From Squalus acanthias (Eukaryota), in assembly GCA_030390025.1 (NCBI GenBank), contig JASTWF010000330.1, positions 434,001 to 498,000 on the forward strand: 64,000 nt of DNA, read 5' to 3'. Positions within the stretch are counted from its first letter, which is position 1, and each line of letters starts with the position of its first letter. The notes below the pieces were generated by a model. It was not told the DNA's origin. It saw nothing but the letters and a program-made list of their open reading frames with translations, and did not search any database. Position numbers and translations under genes: made by a program. This document shows, one piece after another, positions 41,881 through 52,853 of the stretch.

Positions 41881-41976
41881 ATCCGGAAAAACCCACATCA
41901 CAGGAACCCGAGGAACAGTCGACTCGAGAATCCACTGACCGTTCATTCACTATCCCAGTGGGGTCTGCAGTCTCAG
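41881..41976 (+). CDS. Candidate 96-nt exon, DPEKPTSQEPEEQSTRESTDRSFTIPVGSAVS
   Basis: Canonical flanks. Confidence 0.72.
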
Positions 41977-43648
41977 GTATCTGTCTTGTACGGTACATTG
42001 TGTACAGTTTGTTCACCCAATGTGACTCCTGAAAATCTCATTCAGTCTCTTACTGAGTGAGTGGGTGTTGTGACTGAGGGGAGCGGGATGAGGAGACTGA
42101 GGGGAATGGGATGTGGAGACTGAAGGGAGTTGGGAGCAGGAGGCTGAGGGGAATTGGATGAGGCGACTGAGGGCAGCGGGATGAGGAGACTGAGGAGAGT
42201 GGGATGTGGAGACTGAGGGGAGTGGGATGAGGAGACTGAGGGGATGTGATGTGGATATTGAGGGAAGTGAGATGAGGAGACTGAGGGGAGTGGGAAAAGG
42301 AGACTGAAGGGAGTGGGATGAGGAGACGGAGTGGAGTGGGATGAGGAGACAGAGGAGCCTGATGGTTGTGGAATGAGGAGACTGAAGGGAGTGTGGATGA
42401 CGAGACTGAAGGGAGTGGGATGAGGAGACTGCGGGGAATGGGATGAGGAGACTGACTGGAGTGGATTGAGGAGACTGAGTGGAGTGGGATGAGGACACTG
42501 AGGGGAGTGGGTGGAGGAGACTGTGGGGAGTGGGATGAGGAGACTGAGGGGAGAGGGATGAGGAGACTGAAGGGAGTGGGATAACGAGACTGAGGGGAGT
42601 GGGATGTGGAGGCTGAGGGGAGTGGGATGAGGAGGCTGAGGGGAGTGGGATCAAGAAACTGAGGGGAGTAGGATGGGGAGACTGAGGGGAGCTGGATGAG
42701 GAGACTGACGGGATTGGGATGAGGAGACTGAGGGGAGTGGGATGAGGAGACTGAGGGGAGTGGGATGAGGAGACTGAGGGGAGTGGTATGAGGAGACTGA
42801 GGGGAGCTGGATGAGGAGACTGAGGGGAGTGGGATGAGGAGTCTGTGGGGAATGGGATGAGAACACTTTGTGGAGTGATATGAGGAGAATAAGGGGAGTG
42901 TGATGAGGAGACTGAGGGGAGTGGGATGAGGTGACTGAGGGGAGTTTGAAATGGAGATTGAAGGAAGTGGGATGATGCGACTGAGGGGAGTGGGAAATGG
43001 AGTTTGAAGGAAACGGGCTGAGGAGACTGAAGGGAGTGGGATGAGGAGACTGAGGGGAGTGGGAAAAGGAGACTGAACGGAATCGGATGAGGAGACTGAG
43101 GGGAGTGGGATGAGGAGACTGAGGGGAGTGGGCTGAGAAGACTGAGGGGAGTGGGAAAAGGAGACTGAGTGTATTGGGATGAGGAGACTGAGGGGACTGG
43201 GATGAGGAGACTGAGGGGAGTGCGATGAGGAAACTGAGGGGAGTGGCATGAGCGACTGAGGGGAGTGGGAAAAGGAGATTGAAGGGAGTGAGATGTGGAG
43301 ACAGAGGGGAGTGGGATGAGGAGACGGAGGGGAGTGGGATGAGCAGACTGAGGGGGTGGGATGAGCAGACTGAGCGGAGTGGGATGAGGAGACTCAGGGG
43401 AGTGGGATGAGGAGACGAAGGGGATTGGGATGAGCAGACTGAGGGGGTGGGATGAGCAGACTGAGGGGAGTGGTATGAGGAGACTGAGGGGAGTGGGATG
43501 AGGAGACTGAGGGGAGTGGGATGAGGAGACTGAGTAGAGTCGGACGCAGTGAGTGAGTGGGATTGTGATTGGCTCTAGTACCAGCCGGATGACCGGTTCT
43601 GGTTTTCTCCACTCTGCACTCACCCCTGTCTCTCTTCCTTTATTACAG

Positions 43649-43744
43649 ATCCGGAAACACCCACAGCACAGGAACACGAGGAACAGTCGACTCGAGAATC
43701 CACTGACCGTTCACACACTATCCCAGTGGGGTCTGCAGTCTCAG
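43649..43744 (+). CDS. Candidate 96-nt exon, DPETPTAQEHEEQSTRESTDRSHTIPVGSAVS
   Basis: Canonical flanks; duplicate of 37836. Confidence 0.72.
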
Positions 43745-44706
43745 GTATCTGTCTCGTTCGGTCCATTGTGTACAGTCTGTTCAACCAATGTGACTCCTGA
43801 AAAGCTCATCCTGTCTCTTACTGAGTGAGTGGATGTTGTGACTGAGGTGAGCGGGATGAGGAGACTGAGGGACTGGGATGAGGAGACTGAGGGGAGCGGG
43901 TTGAGCGACAGAGGGGAGTGATATGAGGAGACTGAGGGGAGTGGATTGAGGAGACTGAGGGCAGCGGGATGAGGAGACTGAGATGAGTGGGATGAGGGGA
44001 CTGAGATGAGGAGACTGAGGAGAGTTGGATGAGGAGACTGAGTGGAGTGGGATGAGGAGACTGAAGGGAGTGGGATGACGAGACTGAGGAGAGTGGGATG
44101 AGGAGATGGGGGAGTGGGATGAGGTGACTGAGGAGAATGGGATGAGGAGACTGAGGCGAGCGGGATGAGGTGAATTAGGGGATCTGGATGAGGCGACTGA
44201 GGGGAATGTGATGAGGAGGCTGAGGGGAGTGGGATGAGGAGACTGAGGGGAGTGGGATGATGAGACTGAGGGGAGCTGGATGAGGAGACGGAGGTGAGCT
44301 GGATGAGGAGACTGAGGGGAATGGGATGAGGAGACTGAGGGGAGTGGGCTGAGGAGACTGAGGGGAGTGGGCTGAGGAGACTGAGGGGAGTGGAATGAGG
44401 AGACTGAGGGGAGTGGGATGAGGAGACTGAGGGGAGGGGACTGAGGATACTGAGGGGAGCTGGATGAGGAGACTAAGGGGAGTGGAATGAGGAGAATGAG
44501 GTGAGTGGAATGTGGAGACTGTGGGGAATGGGATGAGAATATTTTGTGGAATATTATGAGGAGACTAAGGGGAGTGGGACGCAGTTCCTGAGGTGAGTCG
44601 GACGCAGTGAGTGAGTGGGATTGTGATTGGCTCCAGTACCAGCCTGATGACCTGTTCTGGTTTTCTCCACTCTACACTCTCCCATATCTCTCTGCCTTTA
44701 TTATAG

Positions 44707-44802
44707 ATCCGGACATATCCAAAACACAGGAACCCGAGGAACAGTCGACTCGAGAATCCACTAACCGTTCATCCACTATCCCAGTGGGGTCTGCATTCTC
44801 AG
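44707..44802 (+). CDS. Candidate 96-nt exon, DPDISKTQEPEEQSTRESTNRSSTIPVGSAFS
   Basis: Acceptor variant ttatag (still YAG), gtatct donor. Confidence 0.7.
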
Positions 44803-45843
44803 GTATCTGTCTTGTCCGGTACATTCTGTACAGACTGTTGTCCCAATGTGGCTCCTGAAAAGCTCATCCACTCTCTTACTGAGTGAGTGGGTGTTGTGAC
44901 TGAGGGGAGCGGGATGAGAAGACTGAGGGGAGTGGCATCTGGATACTGAGGGAAGTGGGATGAGGAGGCTGAGGGGAGTGGGAAAAGGAGACTGAATGGA
45001 GTGGGATGAGGAAACTGAGGTGTGTGGGATGAGGAGACTGAAGGGAGTGGGATGACGAGACTGAAGGGAGTGGGATGAGAAGACTAGGGGAATGGGATGA
45101 GGAGAGTGAGTGGAATGGGATGTGGAGGCTGAGGGGAATGGGATGAGGAGACTGAGGGGAGTGTGATGAGGAAGCTAAGGGGAGAGGGATGAGCGACTGA
45201 GGGGAGTGTGAAAAGGAGACTGAGGGGAGTGAGATGTGGAGACAGAGGGGAGTTGGAAGAGGAGACTGAGGGGAGTGGGATGATGAGACTGAGGGGATTG
45301 GGATGAGGAGACTGAGGGAAGTGGGATGAGGAGACTGAGGGGAGTGGGATGAGGAGAACCAGGGGCGTGGGATGAAGAGAATGAGGGGAGTGGGATGTGG
45401 AGACTGAGGTGAATGGGATGAGGAGACTGAGGGTCTGGTATGAGGAGACTGATGGGAGTGGGATGAGGGGACTGAGGGGTGTCAGATGAGGAGAGTGAGG
45501 GTAATGGGATGTGGAGACTGAGGGGAGTAGGATGAGGAGACTGAGGGGAGTGGGATGAGGAGACTGTGGGGTGTTGGATGAGGAGACTGAGGGGAGTGGG
45601 TTCAGGCGACTGAGTGGAGTGGGATAAAGTTCCTGAGGGGAGTGGGATGCAGTTCCTGAGAAGAGTGGGAAGCAGTTCCTGAGGGGATTGGGACGCAGTT
45701 CCTGAGGGGAGTGGGACGCAGTTCCTGAGGTGAGTGGGACGCAGTGAGTGAGTGGGATTGTGATTGGCTCCAGTACCAGCCTGATGACCTGTTGTAGTTT
45801 TCTCCACCGTGCACTCTCCCATGTCTCTCTTCCTTTATTACAG

Positions 45844-45939
45844 ATCCGGACACATCCACAACACAGGAACCCGAGGAAACATCGAGTCGAGAATCCACTG
45901 ACCGTTCATCCACTATCCCAGTGGGGTCTGCAGTCTCAG
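45844..45939 (+). CDS. Candidate 96-nt exon, DPDTSTTQEPEETSSRESTDRSSTIPVGSAVS
   Basis: Canonical flanks. Confidence 0.72.
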
Positions 45940-46477
45940 GTATCTGTCTTGTTCGGTCCATTGTGTGCAGTCTGTTCACCCAATGTGACTCCTGAAAAGC
46001 TCATCCAGTCTCTTACTGAGTGAGTGGATATTGTGACTGAGGGGAGCGGGAATAGGAGACTGAGGAGGGTGGGAGGAGGTGATTGAGGGGAGTGAGATGA
46101 TGAGACTGAGGGGAGAGTGATGAGGAGACTGAGGGGAATGGGATGTGGCGACTGAGGGGAGTGAGATAAGGAGACTGAGGGGAGTGGGCTGAGGAGACTG
46201 AGGGGAGTGGGATGTGGAGACTGAGGGGAGCTGGATGAGGAGACTAATGGGAGTGGGATGAGGAGAATGAGGTGAGTGGAATGTGGAGACTGTGGGGAAT
46301 GGGATGAGAATATTTTGTGGAATGTTATGAGGAGACTAAGGGGAGTGGGACGCAGTTCCTGAGGTGAGCCGGACACAGTGAGTGAGTGGGATTGTGATTG
46401 GCTCCAGTACCAGCCTGATGACCTGTTCTGGTTTTCTCCACTCTACACTCTCCCATGTCTCTCTTCCTTTATTACAG

Positions 46478-46573
46478 ATCCGGACATATCCAAAACACAG
46501 GAACCCGAGGAACGGTCGACTCGAGAATCCACTAACCGTTCATCCACTATCCCAGTGGGGTCTGCAGTCTCAG
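46478..46573 (+). CDS. Candidate 96-nt exon, DPDISKTQEPEERSTRESTNRSSTIPVGSAVS
   Basis: Canonical flanks; CR1 begins ~40 nt after the donor. Confidence 0.7.
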
Positions 46574-46629
46574 GTATCTGTCTTGTCCGGTACATTCTGT
46601 ACAGACTGTTGACCAATTAGAGTAACTAA

Positions 46630-47362
46630 TTCAGAAGTAGCCCGTGGTCAGGGACAGGAAGGTGTGACTACGAGTGAGGCAGGTACAGGGATCCAGGAGG
46701 TAGTGTTGGAGGAGCCGTAGCCCTTGCTCTTGTCCAACAGGTTCGAGGCTCTTACTCCCTGTGTGAATAGGAGCGGGGACTGCAGGGAGGATGAGCAACC
46801 TGACCACAGCACCGTGGTAAGGGGGGCCATTCAAGTGGGGGGAGTAAAAAGAAATGTTGTAGTGGTAGGGGATAGTATCATTAGGGGGATAGATAGGGTT
46901 CTTTGCAGCCAAGAGCGAGAGTCCCGAAGGCTGTGTTGCCTGCCCGGTGCCAGGGTTAAGGACATCTCCTCTGGGCTGTAGAGAAACTTGGAGTGGGAGG
47001 GGGAGGATCCAGTTGTCGTGGTCCATGTTGGTACCAATGACATAGATAGGACAAGGAAAGAGGTTCTGCTGAGGGAGTTTGAGCAGCTAGGGGCCAAATT
47101 AAAAAGCAGAACCTCGAGGGTAATAATCTCTGGATTACTACCTGAGCCACGAGCAAATTTGGCTAGGGTAAATAAAATCAGGGAGTTGAATGCGTGGCTC
47201 AAAGACTGGTGTGGGAAAAATGGGTTTTGCTTCTTGGGACACTGGCACCAGTACTGGGGCAGGAGAGAGCTGTTCCGTTGGGACGGACTTCACTTGGCCA
47301 GTGCTGGGACTAGTGTCCTGGCGAATCGAACAACTAGGGCTGTGGAGAGGGCTTTAAACTAA
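46630..47362 (+). pseudogene. CR1 ORF1 3' portion, SGNH/GDSL esterase-like domain
   Basis: VVVGDSIIRG ... CLPGARVKD ... VVHVGTND ... DGLHL; in-frame TAG at 46718-46720 and 46979-46981. Confidence 0.88.
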
Positions 47363-47400
47363 TTAGTGGGGGGGAGGTTTCAAGAGAGCAAAAAATAAAA

Positions 47401-50351
47401 ATGACAACAGAGAGGGTCATAGACATAGGTAGCAGTAGGGGAATCACAAATCAGAGCGTGGCAGGAAGGGACAGAGTGTGTGGAGTAAAAGGTAAAGTGG
47501 TAAAAAGTGAAAAAGCAGGAACTAAGTGCCCCAAAGCATATTTGAACGTTCTCTATCTGAATGCACGTAGCATTCGTAACAAAATAGACGAGTTAATGGC
47601 ACAAATAACTACATATGGTTATGATATTGTGGCCATTACAGAAACATGGCTGCAGGGTGACAATGCCTGGGAATTAAACATACCAGGTTATTTACCGATC
47701 AGGAAGGACAGGCAGGAAGGAAGGGGAGGTGGGGTGGCTATGTTAATAAAGGAAGGAATCACTGTAATACAGAGTAATGATATTGGGTCAAAAAATCATG
47801 ATAATGAAACAGTTTGGGTGGAGATAAGGAATAATAAGGGGGAATAAACACTAGTGGGCGTAGTCTATAGGCCTCCGAACAGTTGCAACTCTGTTGGACG
47901 GAGTATCAATCAGGAAATAGTTGAGGCATGTAATAAGGGAACATCTATAATTATGGGGGATTTTAACTATCATATTAATTGGACAAATCAAATGGGGCAG
48001 GGCTGCCTTGAGGATGAGTTCATTGAATGTATTAAGGATGGGTTTCTTGAGCAGTATGTAACTGAACCGACCAGGGGGCAAGCAACCTTAGATCTGGTCC
48101 TGTGTAACGAGACAGGATTAATTAAAAATTTCCTAGTAAAGGATCCCCTTGGAATGAGTGACCATAACATGGTTGAATTCCATATTCAATTAGAGGGTGA
48201 GAAGGTTGGATCTCAAACAAGCGTGCTAAGCTTGAATAAAGGAGACTATGAAGGTATGCGAGCGGAATTGAGTAGAGTGGATTGGGAAAATAGATTAAAG
48301 GGTAAGACGACACATGATCAGTGGTGTACATTCAAGGAGTTATTTTACAACTTCCAAAAAATATATATTCCACTGAAAAGAAAAGGGTGTAAAAGAAAGG
48401 ACAGTCATCCGTGGCTAAGTAAAGAAATTAAGGATAGTATTCGACTAAAAACAAGGGCATATAAGGTAGCGAAATCTAGTGGGAGGACAGAGGATTGGGA
48501 AAACTTTAAAAGGCAGCAAAAAATAACAAAAAGATTGATTAAGAAAGGGAAGATAGATTATGAAAGTAAATTAGCAAAAAATATAAAAACAGATAGTAAG
48601 AGTTTTTATAGTTATATAAAAAGAAAAAGGGTGGCTAAAGTAAATGTTGGTCCCTTAGAGGATGAGACCGGGAAATTAATGGTGGGAAATATGGAGATGG
48701 CAAAAACACTGAATGAATATTTTGTATCAGTCTTTACAGTAGAGGACACTAAGAATATCCCAACACTGGACAAACAGGGGGCTATAGGGGGAGAGGAGCT
48801 AAACACGATCAAAATCACTAAGGAAGTGGTACTCGGTAAAATAATGGGACTCAAGGCGGATAAATCACCTGGACCTGATGGCTTACATCCTAGAGTCTTG
48901 AAGGAAATGGCGGTAGGGATTGTAGATGCATTGGTAATAATTTTCAAAACTCCCTGGATTCCGCTAAGGCCCCGGCAGCCTGGAAAACTGCTAATGTAAC
49001 ACCCTTATTTAAAAAGGGCAGTAGACAGAAGGCTGGTAACTATAGGCCGGTTAGCCTAACATCTGTGGTAGGTAAAATTTTGGAGTCCATTATTAAGGAA
49101 ACAGTAGCAGGACATTTGGATAATCATAATTTAATAGGACAAAGTCAGCATGGTTTTACGAAGGGGAAGTCATGTTTGACAAATTTGCTGGAGTTCTTTG
49201 AGGAAGTAACATATAGAGTGGATAAAGGGGAACCAGTGGACGTAGTGTATTTAGACTTTCAAAAGGCATTTGACAAGGTGCCACACAAAAGATTATTGCT
49301 TAAGGTAAAAAATCACGGGATTGGGGGTAATATTCTGGCATGGATAGAGGATTGGCTATCTAACAGAAAGCAAAGAGTTGGGATAAATGGTTCATTCTCA
49401 AACTGGCAATCAGTAACTAGTGGTGTTCCACAGGGGTCAGTGCTGGGTCCCCAACTCTTTACAATCTATATTAACGATTTGGAGGAAGGGACCAAGTGTA
49501 ACATATCAAAATTTGCAGATGATACAAAGATGGGAGGGAAAGTAGTGAGTGAGGAGGACATAAAAAACCTGCAAGGGGACATAGACAGGCTAAGTAAGTG
49601 GGCAGAGATTTGGCAGATGGAATACAACACTGGAAAGTGTGAGGTGATGCACTTTGGCAGGAAAAATCCTAGAGCAATTTATTATCTTAATGGCAAGAAA
49701 CTGGAGAGTACTGAAGTGCAAAGGGATCTGGGGGTCCTGGTGCACGAAACTCAAAAGGTTAGTATGCAGGTGCAGCAAGTGATTAAGAAGGCAAATGGAA
49801 TGTTGGCATTCATTGCTAGGGGGATAGAATATAAAAATAGGGAGGTATTGCTTCAGTTGTACAAGGTATTGGTGAGACTGCACCTGGAATACTGCATACA
49901 GTTTTGGTGTCCTTACTTAAGCAAAGACATCCTTGCTCTCGAGGCAGTGCTAAAAAGGTTCACTCGGTTAATCCCGGGGATGAGGGGGTGGTCATATGAG
50001 GAGAGGTTGGGTAGATTGGGACTCTACTCATTGGAGTTCAGAAGAATGAGAGGCGATCTTATTGAAACATATAAGATTGTGAAGGGGTTGGATCGGGTGG
50101 ATGCGGGGAGGATGTTCCCGATGACGGGTGAGACTAGAACTAGGGGACATAGTCTTAGAATAAGGGGCTGCTCTTTCAAAACTGAGATGAGGAGGAACTA
50201 CTTCACTCAGAGGGTGGTAGGTCCATGGAATATGCTGCCACAAAAAGCTGTAGAAGCTACATCATTAAATAAATTTAAAACAGAAATAGACAGTTTCCTA
50301 GAAGTAAAGGGCATTAAGGGTTACGGGGAGCGGGCAGGAATTTGGTCATGA
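47401..50351 (+). pseudogene. CR1 ORF2 (apurinic endonuclease + reverse transcriptase), disrupted
   Basis: Premature TAA at 47845-47847 and a 1-nt deletion at ~48945 (restoring it gives IIFQNSLDS...WKTANVTPLFKKG...NYRPVSLTS). Confidence 0.93.
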
Positions 50352-50811
50352 GTCTAGGTTCGGATCGGTCATGGCCCTGTGGGTAGTGGAGCGGACCCAG
50401 GGACCGTGTAGCCTGATTCTGCTCCTATTTCGTGTGTGCAATTCTGTTAGATGCAGGAGATGGTTCTGTGATAGATAGTAGATTGGCGGTAAGGATCAGA
50501 TCAGCCATGATCTTATTGAATGGCGGAGCAGGCTCGAGGGGCCGATTGGCCTACTCCTGCTCCTATTTCTTATGTTCTTATGTTCTTAAAAGGAGACTGT
50601 GGGGAGTGGAATGAGGAGACTGAAGGGAGTGTGGATGACGAGACTGAAGGGAATGGATGAGGAGGCTGAAGGGAGTGAGATGACGAGACTGAGAGGAGTG
50701 GGATGAGGAGATGGGGGGAGTGGGATGAGGTGACTGAGGGGAATGGGATGAGGAGACTGAGGGGAGCTGGATGAGGAGACTTAGGGGAGCTGGATGAGGA
50801 GACTGAGGGGA

Positions 50812-51311
50812 NNNNNNNNNNNNNNNNNNNNNNNNNNNNNNNNNNNNNNNNNNNNNNNNNNNNNNNNNNNNNNNNNNNNNNNNNNNNNNNNNNNNNNNNN
50901 NNNNNNNNNNNNNNNNNNNNNNNNNNNNNNNNNNNNNNNNNNNNNNNNNNNNNNNNNNNNNNNNNNNNNNNNNNNNNNNNNNNNNNNNNNNNNNNNNNNN
51001 NNNNNNNNNNNNNNNNNNNNNNNNNNNNNNNNNNNNNNNNNNNNNNNNNNNNNNNNNNNNNNNNNNNNNNNNNNNNNNNNNNNNNNNNNNNNNNNNNNNN
51101 NNNNNNNNNNNNNNNNNNNNNNNNNNNNNNNNNNNNNNNNNNNNNNNNNNNNNNNNNNNNNNNNNNNNNNNNNNNNNNNNNNNNNNNNNNNNNNNNNNNN
51201 NNNNNNNNNNNNNNNNNNNNNNNNNNNNNNNNNNNNNNNNNNNNNNNNNNNNNNNNNNNNNNNNNNNNNNNNNNNNNNNNNNNNNNNNNNNNNNNNNNNN
51301 NNNNNNNNNNN
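50812..51311. other. Assembly gap (500 N)
   Basis: Run of exactly 500 N; orientation inverts back across it. Confidence 0.99.
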
Positions 51312-51318
51312 CAGATAC

Positions 51319-51414
51319 CTGAGACTGCAGACCACACTGGGATAGTGGATGAACGGTCAGTGGATGCTCGAGTCGACTGTTCCTCGGGTTCCTGTGTTGT
51401 GGGTGTTTCCGGAT
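51319..51414 (-). CDS. Candidate 96-nt exon, DPETPTTQEPEEQSTRASTDRSSTIPVWSAVS
   Basis: Weaker AAG acceptor (ttattaaag), gtatct donor; lies at the contig edge. Confidence 0.58.
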
Positions 51415-52757
51415 CTTTAATAAAGGAAGAGAGACATGGGAGAGTGCAGAGTGGAGAAAACCAGAACAGGTCATCAGGCTGGAACTGAAGCCAATCTCAA
51501 TCCCACTCACGAACTGCGTCCCACTCCCTGAAGGAACTGTGTCCCACTCCCCTCAGGAACGGTGTCCCACTCCCCTCAGGAACTACGTCCCACTCCCTAA
51601 AGGAACTGTGTCCCACTCCCGAAAGGAACTGTGTCCCACTCCAATCAGGAGCTGCGTCCCACTCCCTAAATGAACTGTGTCCCACTCCCCTCAGGAACTG
51701 CATCCCACACCCCTCAGGAACCGTGTCCCACTCCCCTTAATCTCCTCATCCCACTCCACAACGTATTCCCATCCCGTTCCCCACAGTCTCCTCATCCCAC
51801 TCCCCTCAGTCTCCTCATCCAGCTCCACTAAGTCTCCTCATCCAGCTCCCCTCAGTCTCCTCATCCCATTCCCCTCAGTCACTTCATCCCACTACCCCCA
51901 TCTCCTCATCCCACTCCCCTCAGTCTCGTCATCCCACTCCCTTCAGTCTCCTCATCCAGCTCCCCTCAGTTTCCTCATCCCACTCCCCTCAGTCTCCTCA
52001 TCCCACTCCCCTAAGTCTCCTCATCCCACTCCCCTCAGTCTGCACATCACACTCCCCTCAGTTTTCTCATCCCACTCCCTTCAGTCTCCTCATCCCACTC
52101 CCTTCAGTCTCGTCATCCACACTCCCTTCAGTCTCCTCATTCCACTCCCCTCAGTCTCCTTTTCCCACTCCCCTCAGTCTCCTCATCCCACTCCCCTCGG
52201 TCTCCTCATCCCACTCCACTCAGTCTCATTGTCCCACTCCCTTCAGTCTCATTTTCCCACTCCCCTCTGTCTCCTCATCCCACTCCCCTCTGTCTCCTCA
52301 TCCCACTCCACTCGGTCTCCTCATCCCAATCCCTTCAGTCTCCTTTTCCCATTCCCCTCAGTCTCCTCATCGCACTCCCCTCAGTCTCCTCATCCCAGTC
52401 CCCTCAGTCTCCTCATCCCAATACACTCAGTCTCCTTTTCCCGCTCCCCTCAGTCTCCTCATCCCACTCCCCTCAGTCTCCTCATCCCACTCCCCTCAGT
52501 CTCCTCATCCCATTCCGTTCTGTCTCCTTTTCCCACTCCCCTCAGTCTCCTCATCCCACTTCCCTCAGTATCCACATCCCACTTCCCTCAGTATCCACAT
52601 CCCTCTCCACTCAGTCTCCTCATCCCACTCCCTTCAGTCTCCTCATCCCGCTCCCCTCAGTCACAACACCCACTCACTCAGTAAGAGACTGGATGAGCTT
52701 TTCAGGAGTCACATTGGTTGAACAGACTGTACTCAATGGACCGAATGAGACAGATAC

Positions 52758-52853
52758 CTGAGACTGCAGACCCCACTGGGATAGTGAATGAACGATCACT
52801 GGATTCTCGAGTCGACTGCTCCTCGGGTTCCTGTGTTCTGGATATGTCCGGAT
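52758..52853 (-). CDS. Candidate 96-nt exon, DPDISRTQEPEEQSTRESSDRSFTIPVGSAVS
   Basis: Canonical flanks; a small deletion lies in the upstream intron, not in the exon. Confidence 0.72.

Larger units (their letters stand above)
26147..46611. repeat. Type B 23-bp minisatellite field in reverse orientation (TGAGGGGAGTGGGATGAGGAGAC)n with short type A stubs and interspersed cassettes
   Basis: Reverse complement of the type B unit; short type A stretches (GGGACGCAGTTCCTGAGG) at ~28120-28260, ~32545-32680, ~39530-39665, ~45625-45745. Confidence 0.96.
46612..50588 (+). mobile_element. CR1-clade LINE (HER1-like), ~4 kb, 5'-truncated within ORF1, inactivated
   Basis: ORF1 esterase motifs, ORF2 APE and RT motifs (LNARSIRNK, AITETWL, GDFN, GVPQGSVLGP, FADDTK), CR1-type 3' UTR ending in (TTCTTATG)n. 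Confidence 0.95.

Noticed and set aside
47851..50243. Minus-strand ORFs over the CR1 elements
   Set aside because: Antisense shadows of ORF2 with no independent motifs.
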